64,000 bases of DNA from Candidatus Latescibacterota bacterium. Lineage in GTDB: Bacteria; Latescibacterota; UBA2968; UBA8231. Numbering within the stretch: the first letter of the stretch is position 1; each line of letters begins with the position of its first letter. Positions 36,483-46,220 of this stretch are shown one piece after another. The position numbers and the translations under genes were made by a program. Location of the stretch: contig CBDCDC010000002.1 in assembly GCA_965215195.1 (NCBI GenBank), forward strand, positions 1,440,001 through 1,504,000, written 5' to 3'. Under the pieces are notes generated by a model. That model did not search any database. It was not told the origin of the DNA and was given only the letters and a program-made list of their open reading frames with translations.

Positions 36483-37730
36483 ATGCAATTGCGCGAAACC
36501 GCCGCCTTGAGCTGGGTCGGGCTGCTCTCGCACAAGTTGCGGACTTTGCTGACCATGCTCGGCATTGTCTTTGGCGTGGCCGCGGTCATCGCCATGCTGT
36601 CCATCGGCGAGGGCGCCAAACAGGAATCCCTCGAACAGATCCGCCAGATGGGCATTAGCAACATCATCGTCCAGCACTGGGCAAAAGACGAGGACGGAGC
36701 AGGCGCAGCCACCGACGCCGACCACAACCGCTCGGCCGGCCTGACTTGGGACGACGCCCGCTCCATCGCCACAATCTGCCTGTTGGCCGAGTACGCCACT
36801 CCCCAGCGCGAGGTCAAGGTCAAGGCCCAAGCCCAAGGCAACACCTTTCACACCATGGCGGTGGGCACCACGCCCGACTATCTGACCGTGCTCGACGCCC
36901 GCATGAAAAGCGGCGCGTTCTTCTCGGCGGCGGACGTGCGCGACGCCAAGCGCGTTTGCGTGTTGGGCGCGGACGTCAAGCGGGCACTGTTCTTTTTAGA
37001 CGATCCCCTCGGCGGCCGGGTCAAAATCCGCAACCAGTGGTTTACGGTCATCGGCGTACTCCAAGACAAGGGCGCGGCCGGCGGCAAAATTGGCGGGGTG
37101 CTCGAAGTGCGCAACACCGACGAGGACATCTACGTCCCGCTGACGGCCCTGCTCAACCGCTTCCCCTCGGAGCCGGGCGAGCCCGAGCTGACCCAAATCA
37201 CCGTCAAAATCCCCAACTCCGACCAATTGCCAGAGGCCGCAGCCATCGTCCGCACCATCCTCAACCGCCGGCATCGCGGCGTCGAGGACTTTAAGATCGC
37301 CATTCCCGAAGAGCTGTTGCGCCAGAGCCAGAAAACCCAGCAGATCTTCAACATCGTCATGGGCTGCATCGCCGGCATCTCCCTGTTGGTCGGCGGCATC
37401 GGCATCATGAATATCATGCTGGCCTCAGTCCTCGAGCGCACGCGCGAAATCGGCATCCGCCGCGCCTTGGGTGCGCGCCGGCGCGACATCCTCGCGCAGT
37501 TTTTGGTCGAAGCGCTGCTGGTCAGCCTGATCGGCGGCCTGCTTGGGGTGATGCTGGGCTACGCCATCCCGGAAGTGATCACCCTGTACGCGGGCTGGCG
37601 CACCATTGTCCAGCCGTGGACGATTGCCCTCGCCTTTGGGGTCTCGGCCGCGGTCGGCATTGGCTTTGGCATCTACCCGGCCCGCCAAGCCGCCCTTCTC
37701 AACCCCATAGACGCCCTGCGCTACGAATAG
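36483..37730 (+). CDS. MacB-type ABC transporter permease
   Basis: LTMLGIVFGVAAV, GGIGIMNIMLASVLERTREIGIRRALGA, PIDALRYE. Confidence 0.95.
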   Translation: MQLRETAALSWVGLLSHKLRTLLTMLGIVFGVAAVIAMLSIGEGAKQESLEQIRQMGISNIIVQHWAKDEDGAGAATDADHNRSAGLTWDDARSIATICLLAEYATPQREVKVKAQAQGNTFHTMAVGTTPDYLTVLDARMKSGAFFSAADVRDAKRVCVLGADVKRALFFLDDPLGGRVKIRNQWFTVIGVLQDKGAAGGKIGGVLEVRNTDEDIYVPLTALLNRFPSEPGEPELTQITVKIPNSDQLPEAAAIVRTILNRRHRGVEDFKIAIPEELLRQSQKTQQIFNIVMGCIAGISLLVGGIGIMNIMLASVLERTREIGIRRALGARRRDILAQFLVEALLVSLIGGLLGVMLGYAIPEVITLYAGWRTIVQPWTIALAFGVSAAVGIGFGIYPARQAALLNPIDALRYE

Positions 37731-37749
37731 GAATAACGATCGTTATTCC
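37730..37749. promoter_or_regulatory. perfect 20-bp palindrome, candidate operator
   Basis: ggaataacgatcgttattcc upstream of a small HTH gene. Confidence 0.55.
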
Positions 37750-37812
37750 CTACTTTTTGACGAAGGCCGCGTAGCCTTTCTTACTCATCCCACCCGCAAG
37801 CGAGGAGGTCGC

Positions 37813-38001
37813 ATGATCCGCTTTAAGAGAGAAGAAATCGAACAGATGCTCGAAGAGCGCAAACCCGAAATCAACCTGACCACCTATCAGCACATCAAAA
37901 AGGCCATCGACCAAGGCACCGAGGACATGGACCCGTACACCTTGTCCAATATATGCCGGGACCTCAAGTGCCTGCCCACCGACATCGTCGAATATGTCTG
38001 A
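37813..38001 (+). CDS. small Cro/C1-like HTH protein
   Basis: RBS gaggagg; TLSNICRDLKCLPTDIVEYV. Confidence 0.7.
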   Translation: MIRFKREEIEQMLEERKPEINLTTYQHIKKAIDQGTEDMDPYTLSNICRDLKCLPTDIVEYV

Positions 38002-38040
38002 GGGCCTCCTTGCTCGGCACAACCGCTCGGGCACGTCCCA

Positions 38041-38400
38041 ATGCAGGCCCTAGGTCGTCATCTGCTCGTCGATCTCTACGGCTGCGACCGCGAGCGGCTC
38101 GACGACCCAGACTATATTGCAGCCGAGTTGCAGGCCGCGGCCACAGCGGCCGGCACTCGCGTCTTGGGCACGGCGTTTCATCGCTTTAGTCCGGGCGGCG
38201 TCACCGGTGTGCTCATCGTCCAAGAGAGCCACTTGGCCATCCACACGTGGCCCGAGCGCGGCTATGCCGCCCTCGACCTCTTTACCTGCGGCCACCAGAC
38301 CGACCCGTGGGCGGCCTATCAACGGCTCAAGTGCGCCTTTGGCGCAACGAGGGACAATGTAGTGGAAGTAAGCCGAGGGTTGCACGTGATTAGCGGCTAG
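38041..38400 (+). CDS. speD: S-adenosylmethionine decarboxylase proenzyme
   Basis: LGRHLLVDLYGC, GVTG, ESHLAIHTWPE, DLFTCG. Confidence 0.92.
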   Translation: MQALGRHLLVDLYGCDRERLDDPDYIAAELQAAATAAGTRVLGTAFHRFSPGGVTGVLIVQESHLAIHTWPERGYAALDLFTCGHQTDPWAAYQRLKCAFGATRDNVVEVSRGLHVISG

Positions 38401-38435
38401 TGGCTCGTGCTGAGAAGCTGTTGACCTTAGTACCC

Positions 38436-38488
38436 TTCCGCCGGGTGCGCGGTCAGCCTGCCCGCCAACAGGGACTATTGTTTATCAA
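38436..38488 (+). repeat. REP-like dispersed repeat
   Basis: ttccgccgggtgcgcggtcagcctgcccgccaacagggactattgtttatcaa; 3 mismatches to 54894-54946. Confidence 0.88.
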
Positions 38489-38522
38489 TTATCAGGCGAT
38501 CTGAGGTCCGCCAATGCAAACG

Positions 38523-39869
38523 TCAGTCCACCTCGACTAATTGCCGCGCCAGTGAGCCCTCGCGCGTCAGGGCGTACACCAAGAGATTGACGCCCAAATT
38601 ATACACTAACGGCTCCTCGGCACTGGCGAGAATCGAGTGGTTGATGACGCCATTAGCCGAAGACCAATCGAGGATCTCCCGACCGATGCCCGCCCAGAAG
38701 TCGGCGTAGTTCCGCATCGAATACACCCCCACCAACTGGTCCCCAACTACGATGCCCTCCAAATAGTCCGGGGTACGGGGCGGGTAGTCTTGTCCCCCAT
38801 TTACAAAGTGCATATCGCGCATCCCGCGCGGCAGGCTGTTTACATCGTAGAAGCAATGATAGAGCGGATGGGTTAGCTCTAGGCGTCTAAACTGCCAATC
38901 CTTCCATTCTCGATAGCCCACCGCTTGCAAGCTGGCGCGAATGAGGGAACGCACCGCCGGAATGTCTAATTCGTCGTCGCGGTAATTGTCCCACAACATG
39001 CTGACAATATCCACAAACAGGAAGCCGCCACCGGTCAAATACGCCCCTAAATTGGCCGCCTCGCTGTCGGTAAAATCAAAGGGAGTATTGGCGGTCAGCA
39101 GCACGAAGGGCACCTGCAAAAGCTGCGGGTCATCGAGCCGAACCGCGTCGCGCACTTCGACGTGAACCTGCGTCGTGGCGACCATCTTATCGGCCAACCC
39201 TTGCAGCATCCGCCGTTCTACCATCTGGCGCGGCATCTGGTGATACCAGCGCACTTGTATGTTTTCAGCCCGTACACTCTCTTCAGCCCGTTCGATGGAA
39301 GGGCTGTAGAGGTTGGACATATAGAGGAAGCCCTTGAGCTGACGCCGATCCTGGGGATCGACGACCACCATGGCCCGGTGCCGACCCGTGTCCAGCGCCT
39401 GCACATCCATCAGCTCCAAGGCCAAGTCAATCTCGTCGGCCCCTTGTCGGACTCCTTCCAACGCCCCCGCCTGCATCTGCGGACCAATCTGCCGCGCCGG
39501 GAAATCCGGCACCGGCACCTCCAGCCGATCCGGCAGCGATGCCGACGGCAGCCGAAGCGCCGATGTTTTGAACACCGGCAGGGGCCGCGACGCCGACGGC
39601 GCCGGCCGCATCGCCACCACCGGGGCCGCTTGCAGGGCGGCGCGACGCACCAACGGACGCTGCTGGGGACGCTGCCGCCGGGCGAGGGTGCGCGGCAACG
39701 GACGCTTCTTGGTAAACTTCACCATGATCGGCGGTTGCAAGGGAAAGTGGGTGACCCGCTCGTAGCGCGGAATTCCCAAGATCACCAGCAGATGCAAGGC
39801 CAGCGACAGCGCCAAGCAGCTTTGCAGCTTTCTATTGCTTCGGAATGGTACTTTCCACGGTCGTCTCAT
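38523..39869 (-). CDS. DUF4159-like protein with N-terminal TM and Pro/Arg-rich linker
   Basis: SLALHLL; NLGAYLTGGGFLFVD; HPLYHCFYD; LGVNLLVYALT. Confidence 0.8.
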   Translation of the reverse strand: MRRPWKVPFRSNRKLQSCLALSLALHLLVILGIPRYERVTHFPLQPPIMVKFTKKRPLPRTLARRQRPQQRPLVRRAALQAAPVVAMRPAPSASRPLPVFKTSALRLPSASLPDRLEVPVPDFPARQIGPQMQAGALEGVRQGADEIDLALELMDVQALDTGRHRAMVVVDPQDRRQLKGFLYMSNLYSPSIERAEESVRAENIQVRWYHQMPRQMVERRMLQGLADKMVATTQVHVEVRDAVRLDDPQLLQVPFVLLTANTPFDFTDSEAANLGAYLTGGGFLFVDIVSMLWDNYRDDELDIPAVRSLIRASLQAVGYREWKDWQFRRLELTHPLYHCFYDVNSLPRGMRDMHFVNGGQDYPPRTPDYLEGIVVGDQLVGVYSMRNYADFWAGIGREILDWSSANGVINHSILASAEEPLVYNLGVNLLVYALTREGSLARQLVEVD

Positions 39870-40034
39870 CGGCTCACGTCCCTTCGCAAAGCAGGATTAA
39901 ACCGGCGTAAATCCAGTATATATGGATGCTTGGGCGATCCCATGACGACGTCTTCGGACGCTGCATCCCGTACACGCGCTCCAGGGTGCCTTCGGCGCGA
40001 CAAGGGACAAGGTAGTGGAAATAAGCCGCATTCA

Positions 40035-40916
40035 CTATTCTTCGCCTTCTAACATGCTGCGCAAATAGAGCCGGAACGCCTCGGCGCGGTCTTCAACCAC
40101 GGCCCGCAACTGGAGGATTTCCTGCTGGCGGGCCTTCAGCTTGTGAATTTTCAATGCGACTTCGGCGATCGACGATTCGAGATCAAATTCGGCCAAGGAC
40201 TCGTCGCGGCCGAGAAACCGCACCTGCTCGCGCGGCTGTTCCCCGCTCACCAAAATCCGCTCCCTCGGCCGCTGCGCTTTGGCCCGCGCCTGTTCGGCCC
40301 GGGCGCACAGCCGGTACTCGTCCTCCAAGCGGCGCAGCAGGTCGGCGTTGGTGCTCCATTCGGCCTTGAGGCGGTCGGCAATATCCTCTAATAGCTCTTG
40401 TTTTTGCTGAATCTCGTCCGGCCCGTCGTCCCCCTCGATCTTCATCTGCTCGCTGTAGTGCAGGTTCGCGCTGTAGATCCCGACCCCAAGCTGTTCCCGC
40501 GCCTCCTGATAGAGCGTGAGCTGGGCCGACAGGCCCCGGTCTGGCTGCTCGGCCAACTTCTGGATGAGTACGCCGATTTCCCAGTCGTACGCCAAGCGCA
40601 AGCGCTCGGCCAAACTGTCCTGCCGCGCCTCTAAAGCCACCAGCTTCCAGTCGACCTCGACCATGCGCTGCACCAACCCGAGCGAGGAGCACAGGGCTTC
40701 CCGCAGCGCCGCAGAATCCGGCTCTAGGCTGTCGATGCGGGCCGACAGCACTTCGGCTTCGGCCGCAACCTGCAAGCGCTGGCCAGCGAGGGAATCGCGC
40801 TGGCTCTCCAAGACGCGGTATTGGGCCTTTAGGTCGCCCAGCCCGGCCGCGTCCCCATGCGCGAATCCGGGCAGCACCAACCCCAAGGCCAACAAGAGAA
40901 TGAATGGGCTTTTCAT
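40035..40916 (-). CDS. secreted coiled-coil hypothetical protein
   Basis: Signal peptide; heptad-rich; follows the response regulator by 2 nt. Confidence 0.65.
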   Translation of the reverse strand: MKSPFILLLALGLVLPGFAHGDAAGLGDLKAQYRVLESQRDSLAGQRLQVAAEAEVLSARIDSLEPDSAALREALCSSLGLVQRMVEVDWKLVALEARQDSLAERLRLAYDWEIGVLIQKLAEQPDRGLSAQLTLYQEAREQLGVGIYSANLHYSEQMKIEGDDGPDEIQQKQELLEDIADRLKAEWSTNADLLRRLEDEYRLCARAEQARAKAQRPRERILVSGEQPREQVRFLGRDESLAEFDLESSIAEVALKIHKLKARQQEILQLRAVVEDRAEAFRLYLRSMLEGEE

Positions 40917-40918
40917 CG

Positions 40919-42349
40919 CTAATCTAGACCGTATTTGTCGAGTTTGTAGTACAGGGCACTGGTTTTGATGCCCAGCAGGGAAGCTGCCTTGGTCTTGACG
41001 TGCTGCGCTTCCTCCATCGCCCGCGCGATTAGGTCGCGCTCCACCTCGTCGAGGCGCTCGTTGAGCAGCAAGCCCCCGTCGTCCGCGGCCCCCGCCCCCT
41101 TGTCAAAGGTCAGCGGCAGATCGTGGTAGCCGATTTCCTCGCCGTCGACCAGCACCATTGTGCGCTCAATGACGTTTTCTAGCTCGCGCACATTGCCCGG
41201 CCACGGATAGCTTTTCAAGCCGGCTAGGGCTTCTTCAGTTAGACGCTTGGGCGGGATGTTCATTTCCCCACATTTTTTTTGCACAAAGTGTTTGACCAAC
41301 AACTCAATGTCCTCGCGCCGTTCCCGCAGCGGCGGCAAGGTGAGGGGAATGACCTCCAGCCGGTAGAAGAGATCCTCGCGGAAGGTGCCCTCTTCGACCA
41401 TGCGCTTGAGCGGCCGGTTGGTGGCCACCACCACCCGCGCATCTACGTCGAGCGGCTGCTCGCCCCCCACGCGGTCGAACTGCTTTTCCTGCAACACCCG
41501 CAACAGCCGCACTTGAGTCTCCAAAGGTACATCGCCGATTTCGTCCAAAAAAATCGTCCCCCCCTCGGCCAGCTCGAATTTGCCCTTCTTGCGCCGCACC
41601 GCGCTGGTAAAGGCCCCGCGCTCGTGCCCAAACAACTCGCTTTCGACCAACCCGGTCGGCAGGGCACCGCAGTTGACCTTGACGAACGGACCTTTGCTGC
41701 GGCTGCTCTGGTAGTGGATGGCGCGGGCGACCAACTCCTTGCCGGTGCCGCTTTCCCCGTAGATGAGCACCGACGACGACGACGACGCCACCTTATGCAC
41801 CCGCACGCGCACGGCCTTGATCTGCGGGGATTGGCCGACTATTTCACCGAAGTTGTAGCGGCTGTCGATCTCTTCGCGCAGGTAGCGGTTTTGCTCGAAT
41901 AAGTGCTCCCAGTCGCGCAGCTTGGCCTCGGCTTCCCGGTGGAGGGTTTGGGCTTCCCGCAGCTTGGCTTGGGCTTCCCGCAGCTTGGCGCGATAGTCGA
42001 GCCGCTTATTGACCTTCAGCCACAACTCGTCGGGCGGGAAGGGCTTGACGATAAAGTCTATCGCCCCCCGCTCCATGGCTTCAACGGCCAACTCGCGGGT
42101 GTCGTAGGCCGTCATCATCATCACGTCGGTGTCCGGTGCTCGGCGCTGTACCGCCTCCATCACCGCCAACCCGTCCATCTCCTCCATGCGGTAATCGGTA
42201 ATGATTAAGTCAAAGGGGCCGTCCTCCATCTGCGCCAAGCCCTCGGCACCGCTCACCACGGCAACGGCTCGGTGCCCCATCTTGTTCAAGCTCAGCACCA
42301 GCCCGTGGCCGAGGCTTTCGTTGTCGTCGATGATCAGAATCCTGCCCAT
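40919..42349 (-). CDS. sigma-54-dependent response regulator (NtrC/AtoC family)
   Basis: Receiver domain, GESGTGKE, ESELFGHERGAFTSA, WPGNVREL, Fis-type HTH. Confidence 0.95.
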   Translation of the reverse strand: MGRILIIDDNESLGHGLVLSLNKMGHRAVAVVSGAEGLAQMEDGPFDLIITDYRMEEMDGLAVMEAVQRRAPDTDVMMMTAYDTRELAVEAMERGAIDFIVKPFPPDELWLKVNKRLDYRAKLREAQAKLREAQTLHREAEAKLRDWEHLFEQNRYLREEIDSRYNFGEIVGQSPQIKAVRVRVHKVASSSSSVLIYGESGTGKELVARAIHYQSSRSKGPFVKVNCGALPTGLVESELFGHERGAFTSAVRRKKGKFELAEGGTIFLDEIGDVPLETQVRLLRVLQEKQFDRVGGEQPLDVDARVVVATNRPLKRMVEEGTFREDLFYRLEVIPLTLPPLRERREDIELLVKHFVQKKCGEMNIPPKRLTEEALAGLKSYPWPGNVRELENVIERTMVLVDGEEIGYHDLPLTFDKGAGAADDGGLLLNERLDEVERDLIARAMEEAQHVKTKAASLLGIKTSALYYKLDKYGLD

Positions 42350-43797
42350 GGCATCCCCTCCTTGGACTGCGGCAGGCGCAGGCGGCACACCGTGCCTTGG
42401 CCTTGCCGACTGTCTATTTCGATCCGGCCGCGGTTTTCTTCAACCACCCGCGCCACCACCGCCAGCCCCAAGCCCGACCCCTGCTCTTTGGTCGTAAAGA
42501 AAGGCTCGAAAAGGCGCGCCTGTACCGCCTCCGACATGCCCGGGCCATCGTCGGCCACCTCGACGACAACCTCCGCGTCGGCGGCCGTGGCCCGCACCGT
42601 CAAGTGCCCGCCATCGCGCATGGCTTGGACGGCGTTCTTCATTAGGTTGACCAGGGCCCGCTCCATCTGCTCGGCGTCGATGTAGCACGCCAAGTCGGGC
42701 GCGATGTGCTCTTGGTAGCTGATGCCCGCCGCCTGCATTTCCGGGGCCAGCAAAAAGGCCGCGTCGGCCACTAGCGGGGCCAGCGGAGTCGGCTGTGGAT
42801 GCGCTGGCAGCGGCCGGGCAAATTCGAGAAACTCGGAAATTACGCGATTGAGCCGGCGCACTTCCTCAATGACCTTCTCGATGTGTTGCTTGCGCTCGTC
42901 GCTGGCGGGCAAGTCGCCGGCGATCAGGCCGGCGTACAGCTCAATGCTGCCCAGCGGATTGCGGATCTCGTGGGCCACGCCGCCCAGCATGAGGCGTAGC
43001 TGGGCGTCGCGGGCGACCAGCTTGCGCCGCATCTCCTCCATGGCTTCGCCCAAATAGCCAATTTCGTCGTCGGACGCGGTGACCACCTCTTGGTCCATGT
43101 TGCCGCGGCCGATTTCGCGCACGGCCTCGACCAGCTTTTGGATGGGCCGCGTCAGCGTCCGCGCCAACCCCCACGCCACCCCGACAGTGAGCAACGCACT
43201 CAACCCGGCAAAGATCAGCACCGACCGCCCGAAGACGCGGATGGAATCCACAAACCCGGCCCCGATTTCGACCCCGACAGCCGCTACTACTTCGCCGCCG
43301 TTAAAGATCGGGGCGTAGCCGGTCATGTACGGGACATCGCCATCGTAAAAAAGCACCGAATGCGCGGTATAGCCCTTCCAAACCCTCTCCAGCTCTCGGC
43401 GGTGAAATATCCGTTTGGGGTACTCGCGGCCAATGGGCATTAGCCCATCCGTGTCGAGCAGCGAGCGGTACTGGCGGTCGAAGACGAAGATGTGCCGGGC
43501 GCCAACCCCTTGTTCGGCGCGCTGCAATTTACCCATTAATCTCCGGTAGAGATCTGAGTGCTCGCGGCCGGGGCGCAGGTAGGGCACCACGCCGCCGGAC
43601 AGGCTCGTGCTCACCAGCGTGGCGACCGATACGAGGTGGTCGCGCATCTGCCGCTCCAAGCTGCGATCCGTCAGCTCGAAGAGCACCCAGCCCGATAGCC
43701 CCACGACGACCATGACCAGCAGCACGAAACTCAGGATCAGCTTGTGGCCGATCCGCGCCCGGGGCCCCTCGCTGGCGGCGGACTTGCCCTTGGTCAT
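42334..43797 (-). CDS. HAMP-domain sensor histidine kinase
   Basis: Two TMs, HAMP, AHEIRNPL, NAVQA, DDGPG, GSGLGL. Confidence 0.93.
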   Translation of the reverse strand: MTKGKSAASEGPRARIGHKLILSFVLLVMVVVGLSGWVLFELTDRSLERQMRDHLVSVATLVSTSLSGGVVPYLRPGREHSDLYRRLMGKLQRAEQGVGARHIFVFDRQYRSLLDTDGLMPIGREYPKRIFHRRELERVWKGYTAHSVLFYDGDVPYMTGYAPIFNGGEVVAAVGVEIGAGFVDSIRVFGRSVLIFAGLSALLTVGVAWGLARTLTRPIQKLVEAVREIGRGNMDQEVVTASDDEIGYLGEAMEEMRRKLVARDAQLRLMLGGVAHEIRNPLGSIELYAGLIAGDLPASDERKQHIEKVIEEVRRLNRVISEFLEFARPLPAHPQPTPLAPLVADAAFLLAPEMQAAGISYQEHIAPDLACYIDAEQMERALVNLMKNAVQAMRDGGHLTVRATAADAEVVVEVADDGPGMSEAVQARLFEPFFTTKEQGSGLGLAVVARVVEENRGRIEIDSRQGQGTVCRLRLPQSKEGMPWAGF

Positions 43798-43944
43798 TTG
43801 GACAGACTCGACAAATTGGTGCATCCTATTTGGTAATGTACCGTCTTAAAAACAAACGGACAAGCAAAGTAGTGGTTCCGCTCTACGCCTCGCAATGTGG
43901 GGCCTAAACTCACCAGCTCAACCTCTTTTGAAAGGGAATATCCC

Positions 43945-44745
43945 ATGAAATACCTCATATTGGCCGCTTGTTGCTTGTTGGTAGCCTGCGGCGACTCCGA
44001 TGAGGACCAAGGCGAGGTGACCATCTACTTTAACCACACCGTCGCCGGTGCCGATCTCGAGCACGAGCATATCCTCTACACCAACGCCGCCGGCAACGAA
44101 TACGGCGTCACCCGCCTAGAGTACATCGTCTCGGATATCGCTTTAGAGACGGCCGGGGGCAAGCGCGTCGCCCTAGCTGAGTTCCACTACCGCAACGCCT
44201 TTGTGGGCGCCACCCGCAGCATTTCGGCCAAGGTGCCCGGTGGCGAATACACTGCCCTGCGCTTTACCTTTGGCATCGACGGAGCCAGCAACGAGACCGG
44301 CGCACTGCCGAGCGTCGATCATTTTAACAACATGGCATGGCCCGCTCCTATGGGCGGCGGCTACCACTACATGCGCATGGAGGGCCTCTTTCGCACCGAC
44401 GATGGCGAAGGGGCCTTTCTCACGCACACCGGGCCAGCGGGTGGGGAAGACTTTTCGCTTGCCGTCTCCCTGCCGCTTTCCCTAACGGTCAGCGGGGACG
44501 AGTGGGCAATCGCCGTGGTGATGGACCTCAACGAGTGGTACGACGCGCCATCCCTATACGACTTTAACGGCCGCGGCGGGATTATGGGCAGTGCCGACGC
44601 CCAGTTGATCTTGCAGGAAAACGGCGCTACGGTCTTTTCCCTAGGTCCCATCGGGCACCCCGACCTCGTCGGACAAGACCACGGGGAAGAGGAAGTCGAA
44701 CCAGACCAAGCAGCGCAAGACCACGACGAACACTTAGGAGGGTAA
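43945..44745 (+). CDS. MbnP family lipoprotein
   Basis: LVAC lipobox; RLEYIVSDI; FGID; MAWP..GGGYHYMRMEG; adjacent to a diheme peroxidase. Confidence 0.75.
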   Translation: MKYLILAACCLLVACGDSDEDQGEVTIYFNHTVAGADLEHEHILYTNAAGNEYGVTRLEYIVSDIALETAGGKRVALAEFHYRNAFVGATRSISAKVPGGEYTALRFTFGIDGASNETGALPSVDHFNNMAWPAPMGGGYHYMRMEGLFRTDDGEGAFLTHTGPAGGEDFSLAVSLPLSLTVSGDEWAIAVVMDLNEWYDAPSLYDFNGRGGIMGSADAQLILQENGATVFSLGPIGHPDLVGQDHGEEEVEPDQAAQDHDEHLGG

Positions 44746-44748
44746 CCC

Positions 44749-45756
44749 ATGGGGCTTGGGGCATTGATCCTGCTGGGGCTGGTCGCCTGCGGCCAAGACG
44801 CGGGCGTACCCCCGACCTCTCTGCCCGACCCAACTCCCTACGAACTAGCCGTGCCGGCGGGATTTCCCGCGCCAGCAATCCCGCCGGACAATCCCCTAAC
44901 GGCCGAGGGCATCGCCCTTGGCAAGCGGCTCTTTGCCGACCCCATTCTCTCCGTCGATAGCACCATAGCCTGCGCCTCGTGCCACCTGCCCGCCCACGCC
45001 TTCTCCGATCCGCGGCCGTTTAGCCAAGGCGTCGGCGGCGTCACCAGCCGCAACTCCATGCCGCTTTTTAACCTGCTCTGGAGCCCGTCCTTTTTCTGGG
45101 ACGGGCGCGCGGACAGCCTCGAAGCCCAAGCCCTCGAACCCGTGCAGAGCCCCGTGGAACTGGGCGAGGACTGGGACCGCGTGGTGGCCAAACTGGAGCG
45201 GCACGCCGAATATCCCGCGCTCTTCGCCCGCGCCTTTGGCGACGCGCCCATCAACCGGCGCCTCGTCGTCCGAGCCCTCGCCCAGTTTGAGCGCACCCTC
45301 ATTTCCGCGGACAGCAAATACGACCGCTGGTTGGCCGGCCAAGCGGCGTTTACCCCACGAGAAGAACGGGGCTTCTTCCTCTTTCACACCGAAAAAGCCG
45401 ACTGCTTTCACTGCCACGTCGCGCCGCTTTTCACCGACAACGAGTTTCACAACAATGGGCTGGACCTAGACCCTCCGGACGAGGGATTGGCCGCGCTCAG
45501 CGGAAAACGCCTCGACCGCGGCAAATTCAAGACGCCAACCCTGCGCAACGTAGAGTACACCGCGCCGTACATGCACGACGGCCGCTTTCAGAGCCTAGAG
45601 GAGGTCGTCGAGCACTACGACTCCGGTTTTCACCGCACGATCCTCACCGATCCGCTGTTGCTCGTCCGCCCCAACCTCGACCTCAACCCAGCCGACAAAC
45701 GCGCCTTGGTCGCCTTTTTGAAAACCCTTTCCGACCCTCAATTACAGGCCCGGTGA
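44749..45756 (+). CDS. diheme cytochrome c peroxidase family protein (MbnH/MauG-like)
   Basis: CASCH, FFWDGRA, CFHCH, FKTPTLRNV..TAPYMHDG. Confidence 0.9.
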   Translation: MGLGALILLGLVACGQDAGVPPTSLPDPTPYELAVPAGFPAPAIPPDNPLTAEGIALGKRLFADPILSVDSTIACASCHLPAHAFSDPRPFSQGVGGVTSRNSMPLFNLLWSPSFFWDGRADSLEAQALEPVQSPVELGEDWDRVVAKLERHAEYPALFARAFGDAPINRRLVVRALAQFERTLISADSKYDRWLAGQAAFTPREERGFFLFHTEKADCFHCHVAPLFTDNEFHNNGLDLDPPDEGLAALSGKRLDRGKFKTPTLRNVEYTAPYMHDGRFQSLEEVVEHYDSGFHRTILTDPLLLVRPNLDLNPADKRALVAFLKTLSDPQLQAR

Positions 45757-45796
45757 CGCGCTTATGTCTTTGTTTCTTTTATCGTTTACTTTTCCC

Positions 45797-45824
45797 TTGA
45801 TTAAGTGTCAGAATTTCGTATAAT
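45797..45824 (+). promoter_or_regulatory. sigma70 promoter of the HU/IHF gene
   Basis: TTGATT-16-TATAAT in an AT-rich spacer. Confidence 0.65.
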
Positions 45825-45881
45825 ACAACCACTTATGAACAAAGTCAGAGCCGGTTTAGCTCCTCATCTAGAGAGGTTTTA

Positions 45882-46220
45882 GTGGCCACGATAACCAAAA
45901 AGGATCTAGCGCGGTCGGTCGCCGACACGATCGGCTGCAAAAACAACCTGACTTTGCAAATGGTCGATAGCCTTTTCGAGGCCATGCGCGAAACGCTCAT
46001 CGAGGGAAACCGCATTGAGATTAGGGGTTTCGGCGTCCTCGAAGTCAAAGACACCAAGCCCAAGCCCGCTGCACGCAACCCACGCACCGGCGAGGTCGTG
46101 TACGTGCCCGCCCGCCGCAAGACGCACTTCAAGCCGGGCAAACAACTCAAAGAAGCCCTACACGACACCCGCTCCGCCGCCCAAGCCGCGTCAGGCCCCG
46201 GCGGCTCTTGGGCCCCATGA
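45882..46220 (+). CDS. HU/IHF family DNA-binding protein
   Basis: TKKDL, RIEIRGFG, ARNPRTGE, FKPGKQLK. Confidence 0.95.
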   Translation: MATITKKDLARSVADTIGCKNNLTLQMVDSLFEAMRETLIEGNRIEIRGFGVLEVKDTKPKPAARNPRTGEVVYVPARRKTHFKPGKQLKEALHDTRSAAQAASGPGGSWAP

